Shown one piece after another: positions 36,590 to 49,402 of a DNA stretch of 64,000 nucleotides. Every line of letters starts with the position of its first letter. Positions within the stretch are counted from its first letter, which is position 1. A model generated the notes under the pieces. The model ran no database searches. It was not told the origin of the DNA and saw only the letters and a list, made by a program, of their open reading frames with translations. The position numbers and the translations under genes were made by a program. The stretch is from the human T2T-CHM13v2.0 reference genome, Homo sapiens. The stretch lies in NCBI RefSeq assembly GCF_009914755.1, contig NC_060925.1. The stretch is one strand, 5' to 3'.

Positions 36590-37580
36590 TCGAACCGCGG
36601 TCTTGGTGCTTAGAAGCACTAGGTAGGGTCCTTCGAAAGCGGGTTCGAGTTTTCCTTCCCTTTAGCTTTTGACAAGGACATGGTCCTCATGCTAATGTTG
36701 GTGTACTGGAAACTCTAGCGGGGGGGTACCTGTGCTGAAAGACCTATAGTTCTGAGGGACGAGAAAGTGGAAGATAAACCAAACATACAATTTCTGAGGA
36801 ACTGATCTTTTGTTTTGACTGTGGGAATGTCAGCAGTGGAGTGCAAACAGGGCAACCTATACAACACTTCGTAAGGGGATAAGCGAACATCTTTCCGAGG
36901 GGCAGTTCAGATTCTAGGCAGGGCAATGGGATGGCAGCTAGTCCATGGCACCCGAGTCTCTAGACTAATTTGGTTAGGTGGCTTTTTTAGAGTTTGGTTC
37001 ATTCTTTCCACTCTTCCTGATGAAGGTGGGTGCCAGGGAGTATGATATTCCCATGTTATATCCAGTACCTGGGCTAATTTCTTAATGACATGTACAGTGA
37101 AATGAGTCCTATTATCTGAGTCAATGCTTTCTATTAATCTAAACCTGGGTATAATATTTTCAACTAATGCCTTGACTACATTACTAGCAGTTGTACTTGA
37201 AAAGGGAATAGTTTGTACCCAACGAGTAAGGTGATCTATTATTACTAATAAATACTTTAGACGACCAATTGGAGGCATCTCTGTGTAATGAATCTGGATA
37301 CTTTGGAATGGCCTTAAGCCTGGACTCCTTCCCCCAAGGGGTAATCTTTTTATAGTTTGTTTATTGGTTTTCTTACATACTGAGCAACTGTCTGTAACCC
37401 GTTTGGCCGGGGTATAAATTCCTGTGCACCCATAAACTCTGAGGACTGCGTCACACATGGCATGGGGCCCCCAGTGGGTCCCTTGACGCAGGTGGAACAA
37501 CATTTCGCTCATAAGGGGTTTGGATAACATTTCTCTCTGGTCTGGCAGTATCCATTTTCCTTCAGAATTCTCTTTAGCAA
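36590..37580 (-). pseudogene. ERV integrase remnant
   Basis: Degenerate HHCC (…GTHWG…CSVC) and core LVIIDHLTRWV…IDSDNRTHF…SSGRVERMNQTLK. Confidence 0.9.
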
Positions 37581-38253
37581 CTGTTTTTATTAATTTTTTA
37601 GACCAAAGAAACCCAAATGCCATTTTATATTTGACAATTAGCAGATCAGCTAAATGTCACCTTTCTATTAGTGTGCTATTAATGTTAAACTCAATTTTAA
37701 TAAAACCTTTTAGACATATTTATCCAATTTTAATGTCTGACCATAAGTTTTTTATAGACTCTTTTTAACCCTTTATAATTTTTGTTAAAGAACAGGTTAG
37801 TACTTTAAGAAAAACCTGTTGTGCTTTTATTTTAATGTCCAGTTTACAGAAACTTTAACCAATATGTTTACACACAGAATTTCCTTTACAATTAACTTTT
37901 CAAACCTTGCTTAAACCTTCAAAACAATTTTTAACCTTTTAATGTAGGTAAAAATCCACATTCTTATGCCTCCTTATAATCCTTTTACCAAAAGTATATT
38001 TTACTTTCCTTACACACCTTGCACATAAACTGTTTCTTCAATAGTTTTACATTCAGGAGGCCTAATTACTTTTCAATTATATGACATTTCTTGCATAAAT
38101 TCCCTTTTATAACATTTTTCACGACTTTCACAGACGACCTTTGACATGCCTTAACTTTCTGACTTGTCGTAAATATCCCTTTCTTTAAACAACCAGTTAA
38201 TTTACTTTAGGACAAGAATTTACCATATAAGATTCTTTTTACATAAATTCTCC

Positions 38254-38557
38254 TTTTTTTTTTTTTTTTTGAGATGGAGTCTCGCTCTGTCGCCCAGGCT
38301 GGAGTGCAGTGGCGCAGTCTCAGCTCACTGCAAGCTCGCCTCCCGGGTTCATGCCATTCTCCTGCCTCAGCCTCCTGAGTAGCTGGGGCTACAGGCTCCC
38401 GCCACCACGCCCGGCTAATTTTTTTTTTTTGTATTTTTTTAGTAGAGACGGGCTTTCACCGTGTTAGCCAGGATGGTCTCATCTCCTGACCTCATGCTTC
38501 ACCCGCCTCGGCCTCCCAAAGTGCTGGGATTACAGGCCTGAGCCACCGCGCCCGGCT
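38254..38557 (-). mobile_element. AluY inside the provirus
   Basis: AluY diagnostics; TSD AATTCTCCTTTTTTT at 38246 and 38558. Confidence 0.92.
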
Positions 38558-39349
38558 AATTCTCCTTTTTTTTTAATGTCAAAGATGATAACCATTCTTT
38601 TCCAAAGCACACTGCCTTCATGTCTGTGGACTAGACTGCCTGAGGCCACAAGATTAGAAGTTAGGATCATACATGTTAGACTTAACTTTTAGCAAACTTT
38701 ACTTTTGTTGAAAACCTTGTAAGTTTGGGATTTTAATTATGTGCTAGGTGTAGAGCCTAGGACCTAGACAGAAGTGCAGATGAGGTCTGGCTTCTCCTAG
38801 CATTTAACTCCATGTGTCCTAGGTTTTCCCTAGCTGCAAAGCAGGCCAGTTGTACAGCTAAGAAACGGTAGTCTGTTTGGCTATCTGATTAATAGCTCTA
38901 AGTTCTTGCACTAACCAGTATGACCCATCTGGCTTCTTTACAGGCAGAATTTGAGTGTTATAGGGAGACATACAGGGTTTAAGCAGCCCGTCACAGAGAA
39001 GACCTTCAATTATCAATTGTAGGTTTTAAATTTACCCTCACTTTTAAAGGAATAGGGTATTGCTTTCTCTTTTCTACTTCCCCAGGGGTTTTTAATTTTT
39101 TTAATTTAACACGAATCGGAGGAATCTGTAACTTTCCTCGATTCCTGTCTTTTGACCATACCTTGGGATGAATGTGTTCTTTGTCTGCGGTGGGGAGCAA
39201 GTTTAGGGAGGGGAGGAATTTTCCCTAATCAATATAGAGGCCTAAGCCAAATTTTAGTACTAAATCTCTCTCTGATAAGTTTGTTCCTGCCTCTGGAATT
39301 AACAGAAATTTAATATGAACTGATTTGCTTTTATATATGACTTTTGTTC

Positions 39350-40400
39350 TTTTTCCCATTTGGGACATTGTCTTTTGAAGTGACCTATTTTTAATTCGAA
39401 ACATTTGTTTTGTCCTCTTTCTCTCCCTTTGCCTCTTCGTCTGTGTCTCTGTCTCTCTCTCTCTCCGCCTCTCTGTCTCTTTCTCTCTCTTTGCCTCTCT
39501 GTCTCTTTCTCTCTCTCTCTTTTTCTTTGACTCTCTCTCTCTCTCTTTCTCTCTCCTTGACTCCTTCTGTTCCCTGTCAGTCTTTCTCCTCTAGGATTTT
39601 TTTTCTCTACCTTTGAGTCTCCTGGCTTTACTCTTTCATCCTCTTTATGTTGCCTGGAGAGTGGGGGTCTAGGTTCTTTACAGGTTCTGGCCCCCTGGGT
39701 ACTTTGTTGTATGGTAGACAGCAGAATTTTTGCTTTCTGCTTTTTTCTTCATCTCTTCTTACATACACTTTTTGGGCTTCTCTTAGAAGCTCTTCTATAG
39801 GTTTATCTTTCCAGTTCTCTATCTTTTGTAATTTCTTATTAATATCTGGCCAACTGTTAGTGACAAAATGCAGTTTTAACATTCCCTGCCCAAGAGGATC
39901 CTCGAGACCTAGACCAGCATATTTTCTCATTTGTTCCTTTAATCTAAAAAATTTTATAGGTGCTTCATCTTTCCCTTGCTGTACATAAAATGTTTGGGTA
40001 AGATTCTGGGATACTGATTCTTTAATCCCCTTTATTATCAATTCCCTAAGGTCCTGCATATTTTCTTGAGGGGCTGCATTGTTATTGTCCCACCTGAGGT
40101 TTTGGGCGGGAAATTTTTGATCCGCTGTAGGAACGTTTTGGCCAGAAGGGTGTTCACGTTCCAAGACTCCCATAGCAGTTCGACGGATCGTGGCTCTTTC
40201 TTCCCCCGAGAAGAGAGGAAAGGGAAGTTCTGAAAATCCTTTTTACATTGCTCTATCTCACGCTGAAGTCCTTTTAGGGAAGAGGACTTAACGCTCGTAG
40301 TGAGTGGGCTCCTGGGACAGTTCCCAGGAGGCAGGGTTATAAGGAGGGGGACAATGGGGATAGGAGAAGGGTCTGGGACAGCAGCTGCTTTTTCTTGTTT
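39350..40400 (-). pseudogene. ERV gag remnant (capsid plus degenerate zinc knuckle) with an expanded (CT)n tract at ~39415-39570
   Basis: ORF 39628-40173 QGKDEAPIKFFRLKEQMRKY...FVTNSWPDINKKLQKIENWKDKPIEELLREAQKVY; knuckle-like KCF...GHFKRQCP at ~39350-39410. Confidence 0.85.
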
Positions 40401-40889
40401 TTGGTCCTTTCATTATCCTTCTAGTATTTTAACATGAGACCTAGGGGGCACTCAAGGGGAATATCCTTGTTATCTTTGTCCTTCTTGGTCCCTGTCTTGC
40501 TTGGGGTATTTCCCATATTGGGTCCTGGTTAGGCCCCATCTCTCATCTTAGAGATGTGTCTCCTATCCTTTAGCCCCACCTGCTGGAGGCTCCTCGCATT
40601 CACACACACTTTCAACCCCCGCAGAGTATCCCGACCACCGAGGAAACGCTTGGCTGCTCCTGTGGTGTTTCTTACCTTGGTCTGTGCACAGAGTTACCTG
40701 GTCGCTGCGGTGTGTGATGATCCCTTTCCCCAGGTCGCCAGCCAGTTTCTTTCTGCATTGCTGAGAGTCCGGGTTTATTTGTCACACCCGGTGGGTCTTG
40801 ATTCCTTACCCCTGAGGCCACTGCAACAAGGCAGCGGGGCATGCCTCCTCATGGGAGAGGACCAGACCCTTCACCAAAGGAGAATGGGA

Positions 40890-40907
40890 ATCCCGGGCGG
40901 GCCCCCA
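40890..40907 (-). promoter_or_regulatory. Retroviral primer-binding site, tRNA-Pro type
   Basis: TGGGGGCCCGCCCGGGAT versus Pro PBS TGGGGGCTCGTCCGGGAT (2 mismatches), 4 nt from the 5' LTR end. Confidence 0.82.
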
Positions 40908-40977
40908 AATTTGTTAGAAGTAAATTTTCAGTGCCGCAAAAGAAATAGCACTTGAACATAAATTTTTTCAACAAGGC

Positions 40978-41171
40978 TGTAGCAGGATAAGCTGCAGACA
41001 AAACCCCTCAGACACCAAGTTAAAGAAGGAAGGGCTTTATTCGGCTGGGAGCTTCGGCAAGACTCACGTCTCCAGCAGTCGAGCTCCGCGAGTGAGCAAT
41101 TCCTGTCCCTTTTAAGGGCTTACAACTCTAAGGGGGTCCGTGTGAGAGGGTCGTGATCCACTGAGCAGGCA
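40978..41171 (-). mobile_element. Truncated LTR2-family LTR inserted in the HERVIP10 5' LTR
   Basis: TGTAGCAGGATAAGCTGCAGACAAAACCCCTCAGACACC..., closely similar to the LTR at 32243; stops abruptly after ~194 bp. Confidence 0.85.
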
Positions 41172-42900
41172 TGTGTCCGTTTCACCTAGGTTATCTAATT
41201 TGTTGGCATACACTTTTCATAGTATTCCTTTATACTCCTTTTTATTTCTATAAGGTTGGTAATAATGTTCCCTCTTTTATTCCTGATTTTAGTAGTTTGG
41301 GTTTTCTTTCTCTTTTTTTTGGTCTGTCTAGCCAAAATGTGTCAGTTTTGTTGACCTCTTCAAAGAACCAACTTTTAGTTTTGTTGATTTTTTCTATTCT
41401 GTTTCATTTATTTCCACAATAGTTTTTATTGTTCCTGGATATGAAATTAATATAAAAATCAGCTGTATTTCTGTATGCCAGCTACAGTTAGAAGGTGATT
41501 ATTTTTGTAAAAAACACCATTTATGATAGCATTAAATAAATCAAGTACCTAAGAGTAAGTAATAGAAAGTGTACAAGATTTCTTTGAAGAAAACTGTAAA
41601 CCTTTATTGAGGGACCATAAAGAAGACATAAATTGAAGGATCCAGCGTATTCATGGATTAAAATATGAATCCATTTTGTAGTTAATTTTCTTCAAATTTG
41701 TTTATAATCTCATGCAATTCCCATCAAAATCACAAACAGGTTTTTTTGTTTGTTTTGTTTCGATGTGCATCTGGACAAGCTGTTTCTAAAATGTATGTGG
41801 AAACTCAAAGGGCTGAGAACAGGCAAGATATTCTTGAAAGAGAATAAGGCAGAAAGACACTCTTGGAGATCAAGACCTGTTATTAAGTCAGCATAAACCC
41901 TTGACATATGGTAAAGGGGCTTTTCCTATCATTTTTCTTTTCCTTTTACAAATCCACTTTTACTGGTATTTATTTACTTTTCATTAGTTCAAATCCTTGA
42001 GGAGTACAGCATCACAGAGCCGCCGTGACTAGTGGCCTAAGCAGGACGGCTGCTTTGGAATTAGGCACACATTGTGCCACTGTTTCCGTGGGCACACGTT
42101 ACCTTTCTCCACCTTACTCTGGTTTTGTTTGGTTTGCTGCCGGGAGTCAGTATTATTCTTTGTACACATAAGCGCATTTCCTGCCCAAATCAAATCTCAT
42201 TTTATGTCAGCCATAAATACCTTCAGTTTTAAGAAGAGCTGTGTCCTCCCTTTGGTTCTGGAGATCCTGCTGACGGCAAAAACGGCCTTGGACCACAGCT
42301 TTCCAGGCATACTTGTCATTTAGAATTCCTCCTCCCAGCAGGCCTCCGGGCTTCAAGTTGGCAGGAACAGCAAGGGGGCTTTTCGGTAGATGATGCTGGG
42401 ACAATTGAGTATCTACTTGGAGAAAAAATGGAATTGGATTCATACTTTTGCACCCCGTACCAAAATCAAGTTTAGATGGATTGTGGATGCCCTCACGGTT
42501 GGGAATGGCTTTTACAAAAAGACAAAGAGGCATTAAATGTAATGAAAAAGTGATACGTTTGTGTACTTTTAAAATTGAGAATGTTTCCCAAAACACACGA
42601 TTAAGAAAGTCAAAAGGCTAGCTGCAATGTAGGAGTTACTTACAACACGTGGTAAATCCTGACATCACAATTTTGAGCATAAGAAGCCAAACACTCAGTA
42701 ATAAATCTTGCTTGATTGCATTTCTGTAGAGCTTAGAAACAGGCAAAACTAATTGTACTGTTTAGGGATGAATTCTTAGGTGATTAAACTCTAAAGAAAA
42801 GAATTTTTCTTGATTACTGTAAAGGCAGGACGGAAGGAGGGCCTTCTTAGTTGCTGGTTACCTGTAGTTCTTGACCTGGATGTTTACATGTACGTTGGCT
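41172..42900. mobile_element. Old L1M fragments (mixed orientation), host of the RPL35A retrocopy
   Basis: Degenerate L1 ORF2/3'UTR-like sequence; boundaries approximate. Confidence 0.6.
41926..42371 (-). pseudogene. Processed pseudogene of ribosomal protein L35a (probably RPL35AP6, from recall)
   Basis: Intronless MPGKLWSKAVFA...QNQREDTALLKTEGIYG...[10 protein letters not shown]...VMLYSSRI (ATG at 42310, stop at 41989) with indels and stops; degenerate poly-A; 13-bp TSD AA(A/G)GGGGCTTTTC at 41913-41925 and 42372-42384. Confidence 0.92.
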
Positions 42901-43499
42901 TCATAACATACATGAATATACAATTTAATAAAATTGTATTAGGTACGTCTCTATATTTTTCTGTGAAACGCAAATAGTTTTTTAAATTGAATGTAATTTT
43001 TTCCTTTTCAATGGCTTAGTTGTATAAGAAAATATGTTTAGATTTTTAAAAAGCTGTTTTCTCCTGGTGTTTGGAATCTTTACATTTGTAGAGATTCACA
43101 TAGGCCCTTTTGGCTAGGCTCAGATTGAGTAGATAACAAATCAAACCTTTAAGACTTTAGTTCTGTTGTAGTTTTAATAAAACAGAAGAAATAAATCTGT
43201 ACCAGAATGAAAGTTAGATTTGGTATCTCTGCTTTTCAGTATCATCAAAGCTGAGATAGGAAAACCTGAATCTTTGGATGGTTTTATTGTTTCTCTTATT
43301 TTGTTTATTAACAATGAAAGGTACCTTCATATCTGCCTCCCACATATCCCTCTTTGAAAATCTTGTGACAGAATTAGTTTTGAATCTTTCTGAATTACTC
43401 TGTTGACCTAAACAATGTAAACAACATAGAAGGAAGGACATAATACAATTATGTACAATCAATATAATAAATGAAGTTTATTCCTGTAATAGAGAATTA

Positions 43500-43866
<367 letters not shown>

Positions 43867-44703
43867 TCAGAGGTCGTGTCCTCTCCTGGGGTCTCAGCCA
43901 CTCGTTTCTCGGTGGCGCTAGAGGTAAGGGTTGGGGAAGCTGTAAAGAGTATTGGTAGAATGGAAGGCACTGACAGCCCAAAGTCTCATGAAAGGATGAA
44001 AAATCAGTGAATAAATGAGAGTCTGAGTAAGATCAGGCAAATACTAAGGACTCTGTACTGGCTGTGATACCAAAAAGAAATCAAGGGATTGAGGAAAGCA
44101 ATTAAAATACAAATCATTATTAGTGAACTTTAAATGTTTTAAACAATTATTTTACTAAGACTTCAGTAGGAAGACAGATCTATAACTTGGGGCTAGAGTA
44201 AGAGGTGTTGGAGGTAGACGGGGAACCAGGTGTAACAGGATGGAGAGATGGACAGTACACAGTGTATGTATGCATAAATGTGCACACGGACATATCCAGA
44301 AATGTTGAGGAATTTGTGTAGGATCGAGAGAGGATTAGGGTGGCTATTCCTGCAGATCATATGGGGCAGAAAAAAAAGGATTAGAGTGGCTGATCTTGAA
44401 GGAATATGGTCAATTAGTTGAGTAAAATTGATGAAGTAAAACTAAATAACTTATTACAGAATATAAAGAATGATAGGAGGGGAGAAGAAAGGGCTTCTCG
44501 GTGTAAATATTGGGTATGATCAAGCTAATGAATGTGACTGCTCCCTAGCTGGTCATGAAAATTCTCCTCAAGATTATTAAATCAGGGATTATGTCTTGTC
44601 CAAATATAAGTGAAATATTGTTTGTAACAATGATAAGTTACTTGGCTTTACATTTTAGTAACTACCCTTTCATGTTTCTTTAACTCTTGAAATATTTTAT
44701 TAG

Positions 44704-44834
44704 GGGTTGAGCATTCATGATGGTACCTGGAAGTCAGCAATTTATGGTTTTGGAGATCAGAGTAATTTGAGAAAACTAAGAAATGTATCAAATCTGAAAC
44801 CTGTCCCGCTCATTGGTCCAAAATTGAAGAGAAG
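44704..44834 (+). CDS. SCCPDH: SCCPDH exon 6
   Basis: tattag|GLSIHDGTWKSAIYGFGDQSNLRKLRNVSNLKPVPLIGPKLKR AG|gtaaat; 131 nt. Confidence 0.97.
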
Positions 44835-44964
44835 GTAAATTAACTTAAAATCCATTTTTTATATATCTAGTCTAAGTATATTGTTGTTGGGTTGGCTATT
44901 AATAAAGTATGTTACTAAGAAAAGCTTGGAGACTAATTTGTAGTAAGTTCAGAATTGTTTTCAC

Positions 44965-45083
44965 AGATAAATAAGATATAATTAATCCATTACCATATGC
45001 TTGAGATAAATAAGATATAATTAATCCATTACCATAAGCTTAAGATAAATAAGACATAATTAATCCATTACCATAAGCTTAAG
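44965..45083. repeat. 39-bp tandem repeat, 3 copies
   Basis: AGATAAATAAGATATAATTAATCCATTACCATAAGCTTA at 44965, 45004 and 45043. Confidence 0.93.
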
Positions 45084-45264
45084 TACTTCGTGTGTAATAA
45101 AACATGTGAATCCTAGGAAATAAGTGAATCTTATGATGACTTTTCACTATCAATATAGAAATTAACTGTCAACTAAATTTTATGTGAGAACTTTTTTTCT
45201 TTTTTAAAAATTTATTTTAGTTTAGTTTTATACTGCAGGACATATGTGAGAAGTTTAGAGGTAA

Positions 45265-45495
<231 letters not shown>

Positions 45496-45511
45496 TAGGT
45501 CTGTCTTGCAG

Positions 45512-45629
45512 GTGGCCAATTTCTTATTGTCGGGAACTCAAAGGTTATTCCATTCCTTTTATGGGATCTGATGTGTCTGTTGTAAGGAGGACTCAACGTT
45601 ACTTGTATGAAAATTTAGAGGAATCACCA
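45512..45629 (+). CDS. SCCPDH: SCCPDH exon 7
   Basis: ttgcag|(R)[39 protein letters not shown]|gtaagt; 118 nt. Confidence 0.97.
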
Positions 45630-46434
45630 GTAAGTATATATGGTTTATTTATCAATAAAGTGTGTGTTACAGTTCCTCTTTCTATTCAGTGTGGGATATT
45701 TTTGTTTATAAGGCAGAAAAAGGAAGAGCTAAGTAATACATGTTTCAGCCTCTGGAAATACACAGAATCATTAGGGTAGAACATTTTGTATTTTATAACC
45801 TTGTCTTTTGATTCAGATCTGGCTGCTGAATATCTTTTTAATGTAACACAATAGCAGCAAATTCAATACGGGAAATCCTGCTGTCATAAGCACCCCAGAA
45901 TCCCTGTTTAGGGTTTCAGTTGCTAGAAACTCTTTTGCTTGTGGAAATGTCTGGAACCCTTTCTGTCCCCTCTCTCCTTGCCACGCCTGGAGTTCCATCC
46001 TGCTGCTTTTGGCGAGGAAAGTAATTGCTTTCATTGCCGAGACTTCAGGAGGAAATTATATTTCAAGTTAAAAGGTGGAGGGCATTTTCTTATAGGAGTC
46101 TACGTTCTGTAATGTATGATTGCTAAGCTCAGATATATTAGGGATTATGTAGATTTTTGTGCCCAAGTAGGGGAAGCTAATTACTATTTATAAACAATTT
46201 TCTTTAAAAAGTAGACTATCATACTTCCTGTTCACCAGGTCTGACAAAACAAACAAAAAATAGGCTCCCAATGTCTGGTTTCTGAACAAGATTTCAGAAC
46301 ATAATGCATTTGTAAAGTGGAAACTGCTTTTGTTCCACATTTGTGATGGAAGAGAAAGGTACAAGTAACTAACATTCTTACTTGGTCCAAAATGTAGGGA
46401 GTAATGTTCTAACTTTGTCTTCTCCATCATCTAG

Positions 46435-46554
46435 GTTCAGTATGCTGCGTATGTAACTGTGGGAGGCATCACCTCTGTTATTAAGCTGATGTTTGCAGGA
46501 CTTTTCTTTTTGTTCTTTGTGAGGTTTGGAATTGGAAGGCAACTTCTCATAAAA
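46435..46554 (+). CDS. SCCPDH: SCCPDH exon 8 (hydrophobic segment)
   Basis: atctag|VQYAAYVTVGGITSVIKLMFAGLFFLFFVRFGIGRQLLIK|gtaagt; 120 nt. Confidence 0.97.
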
Positions 46555-46648
46555 GTAAGTAAGATTTTATGAAATTAGATTATTTTTATTAGAAGTATTT
46601 TCCATGAGTTTTAAAAAAATATCACTGACGGTTTTTTTTTCCCTTTAG

Positions 46649-46705
46649 TTCCCATGGTTCTTCTCCTTTGGCTATTTTTCAAAACAAGGCCCAACACAAA
46701 AACAG
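46649..46705 (+). CDS. SCCPDH: SCCPDH exon 9
   Basis: 94-nt intron with branch-point-like CACTGAC at 46623; ctttag|FPWFFSFGYFSKQGPTQKQ|gtaatt; 57 nt. Confidence 0.97.
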
Positions 46706-47504
46706 GTAATTTCTTTTGTATTAAGACACTAAAATAATATTTTTCTTTGTGCAATGACGGTATCATCTAACACTTGACAGGGCACTATGTTTCAGATACT
46801 CTTTTAAGTTCTTTATGTAAATTAGATTATTCAATCTTTTCAAACACCCCTTGAATGTAGGTATTATTATTATCTCCATTTTACACATCAGAGAACTGAG
46901 GCACACAGAGGCTAAGAAACTTGCCCAAGTTTCTCCAGGTAGTACATGGCCCAGCTGGGATGAGAACCCAGCCATTTAGCTCCAGAAATTGTGTTCTCTT
47001 CACTTCCAGAAATCTCAAATATTCTTCTTCCTCCATTTTTCTCCTCTGTTATCTTTTCCTTTGTGCCTCCTCTGCCCCCAGTTTCACTTCCTCTTCCACA
47101 TACCCTGGATTCCGACGGGGGATCAAGTGAATTTCTGTGTGTCCAGCATCCCCAACAATAGGACTGCCTCATTTTCTACCGTTTGGCTTACAGATCCCAA
47201 CCCTGGCTCAGGCCTTGGGTCATTAGCTTTCATCTCCTTGACACCAGGCACTCCTGGGGGAAATCCCACTGCTGAACAGATGGTAGCAGCAAGTTCCCGT
47301 TTCCCCCTCTGTGGAATGTTAGCATCACTTGCTGATTCTTTTCCTTTTCGTTAGTCTTGCCTCTTATCTCCTCTCAGTGGCTTTCTTCAAAATCTACCCA
47401 ACTGCAGCTGTCTTCCCTATCTGTAAATTATCCCAACTCCTACCTCACTAAAATAATTGAGAGCACTGTTTTGTATCCCCTCAAATTCCTACTCTCAGAC
47501 CTAT

Positions 47505-47684
47505 CATCATTGTTCCCATCCTGACCTTCTTTCCTCCTCTCTGGATGATATACTCCCTGTACAAGGCTAATCCCCGCCTGTGCACTTAACGTAGCATCAT
47601 TGTTCCATCCCGACCTTCTTTCCTCCTCTCTGGATGATATGTTCCCTGTACAAGGCTAATCCCCCGCCTGTGCACTTAATGTAG
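47505..47684. repeat. 90-bp tandem duplication
   Basis: CATCATTGTTCC...GTGCACTTAA(C/T)GTAG at 47505 and 47595. Confidence 0.92.
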
Positions 47685-47854
47685 GCACTGTGCAGGAATG
47701 CGCCACCACGCCCGGATAATTTTTTTGTATTTTTAGTAGAGACACGGTTTCACCAAGTTGGGCAGGCTGGTCTTGAACTCCTGACCTCGTGATCCACCTG
47801 CCTCAGCCTCCCAAAGTGCTGGGATTACAGGCGTGAGCCACTGCGCCCGGCCTC

Positions 47855-48810
47855 TTTTTTCTTCTTATTGTGGTAAAATACACAAAACATAAAATGTACC
47901 ATCTTAACCATTTAAAAATGCTGAGTGGTATTAAGTACATTCATCTTTTTGTGCAGCCATCACCACCATCCATGTCCAGAACACTTTTCATCTTGCACAA
48001 CTGAAACTCTACACCCGTGAAACAATAACTCCTCATTTCCGCCCTCCCCCAGCCCCGGCAACCGCATTCCGCTTTCTGTCTCTATGAATTTGATGACTCC
48101 AAGTGCCTCATGTAAATGGAATCAGTCTTTGTCTTTTTGTGACTGGCTTATTTCACCTAGCGTAAGGTCTTCAAGGTTCATCCATATTGTAAGCATGTGT
48201 TCGAATTTCTTTAAGGGTGAATGATTGTCTGTTGCCTGTCTGGATCACATTTTGTGTATCCATTCATTCATCAGTGAACACATGTGTTGCCTCCAGCTTT
48301 TGGCTATTGCCAGTTATGCTGCTGCGAACATGGGTGTACAGATACCTCTTCAAGACTCTGCTTTAAATTCTTTTGGGCATATACTCAGAAATGGAATGCT
48401 AGACCGTATGTGAATTGTATATTTAACTTCTTGAGGAACCACTAAACTGTTCTGCAGAGCTGCTGCACCGTTTTACCTTCCCACAAGCAGTATACGAGAG
48501 TTCCAGTTTCTCTGCTTCCAAACCGACATCTGTTATTTTCTGTAATGGCCGTGAGGTGGTGTCTCATTGTATTTTTGATTTGCATTTACCTGATGATTAT
48601 TAGTGTTGAACATCTTTTCATTTGCAATTATTGGCCATTTGTATGTCTTCTTTGGAGAAAATATTTTCAAATCATATATTTGACAGAAGATTCATATCCA
48701 GAAAATATAGAGAACTCCTAGAACTCAATAACAAAAAACAACCTAATTCAAAAATGAACAGAAGGACTTGAAAATATTTTCTGTTATTCTTTGGGTTGCC
48801 GTTTTACTTT
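47855..48810 (-). mobile_element. L1MB-like 3' fragment
   Basis: TTATTGTGGTAAAATACACAAAACATAAAATGTACCATCTTAACC is typical of antisense L1MB 3' ends. Confidence 0.75.
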
Positions 48811-49036
48811 GTGGATAGTGCAGGCTTCTGTCTCGTGGTTGGTAGTGCAGGCTTCCATCTCTTGCTTGAACTTTTCGTAGCATTCCTACGGTTTCTTTCT
48901 AATCTGTCTTCCCACTGCTGTCCAAGAGATCTTTCTAAGACACAAAATCTGACCTTGTCATTGCCTTCTTTATAAAATGTTCCTGGCCCACTGCTTTGGC
49001 AGTGATTCTTAACTGAGATTTCATATATCAGAATCA

Positions 49037-49402
<366 letters not shown>

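Larger units (their letters stand above)
33973..40977 (-). mobile_element. Defective HERV-I-group provirus (HERVIP10-like, LTR10 family): 3' LTR 33973-34513, env, integrase, partial RT/protease, gag, PBS, 5' LTR stub 40912-40977
   Basis: Matching LTR ends TGTTAGAA(A/G)TAAATTTTCAGTGCCGCAAAAGAAATAGC at 33973 and 40912; polypurine tract at ~34514-34526; tRNA-Pro-like PBS; gag, pol and env peptide remnants. Confidence 0.88.
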
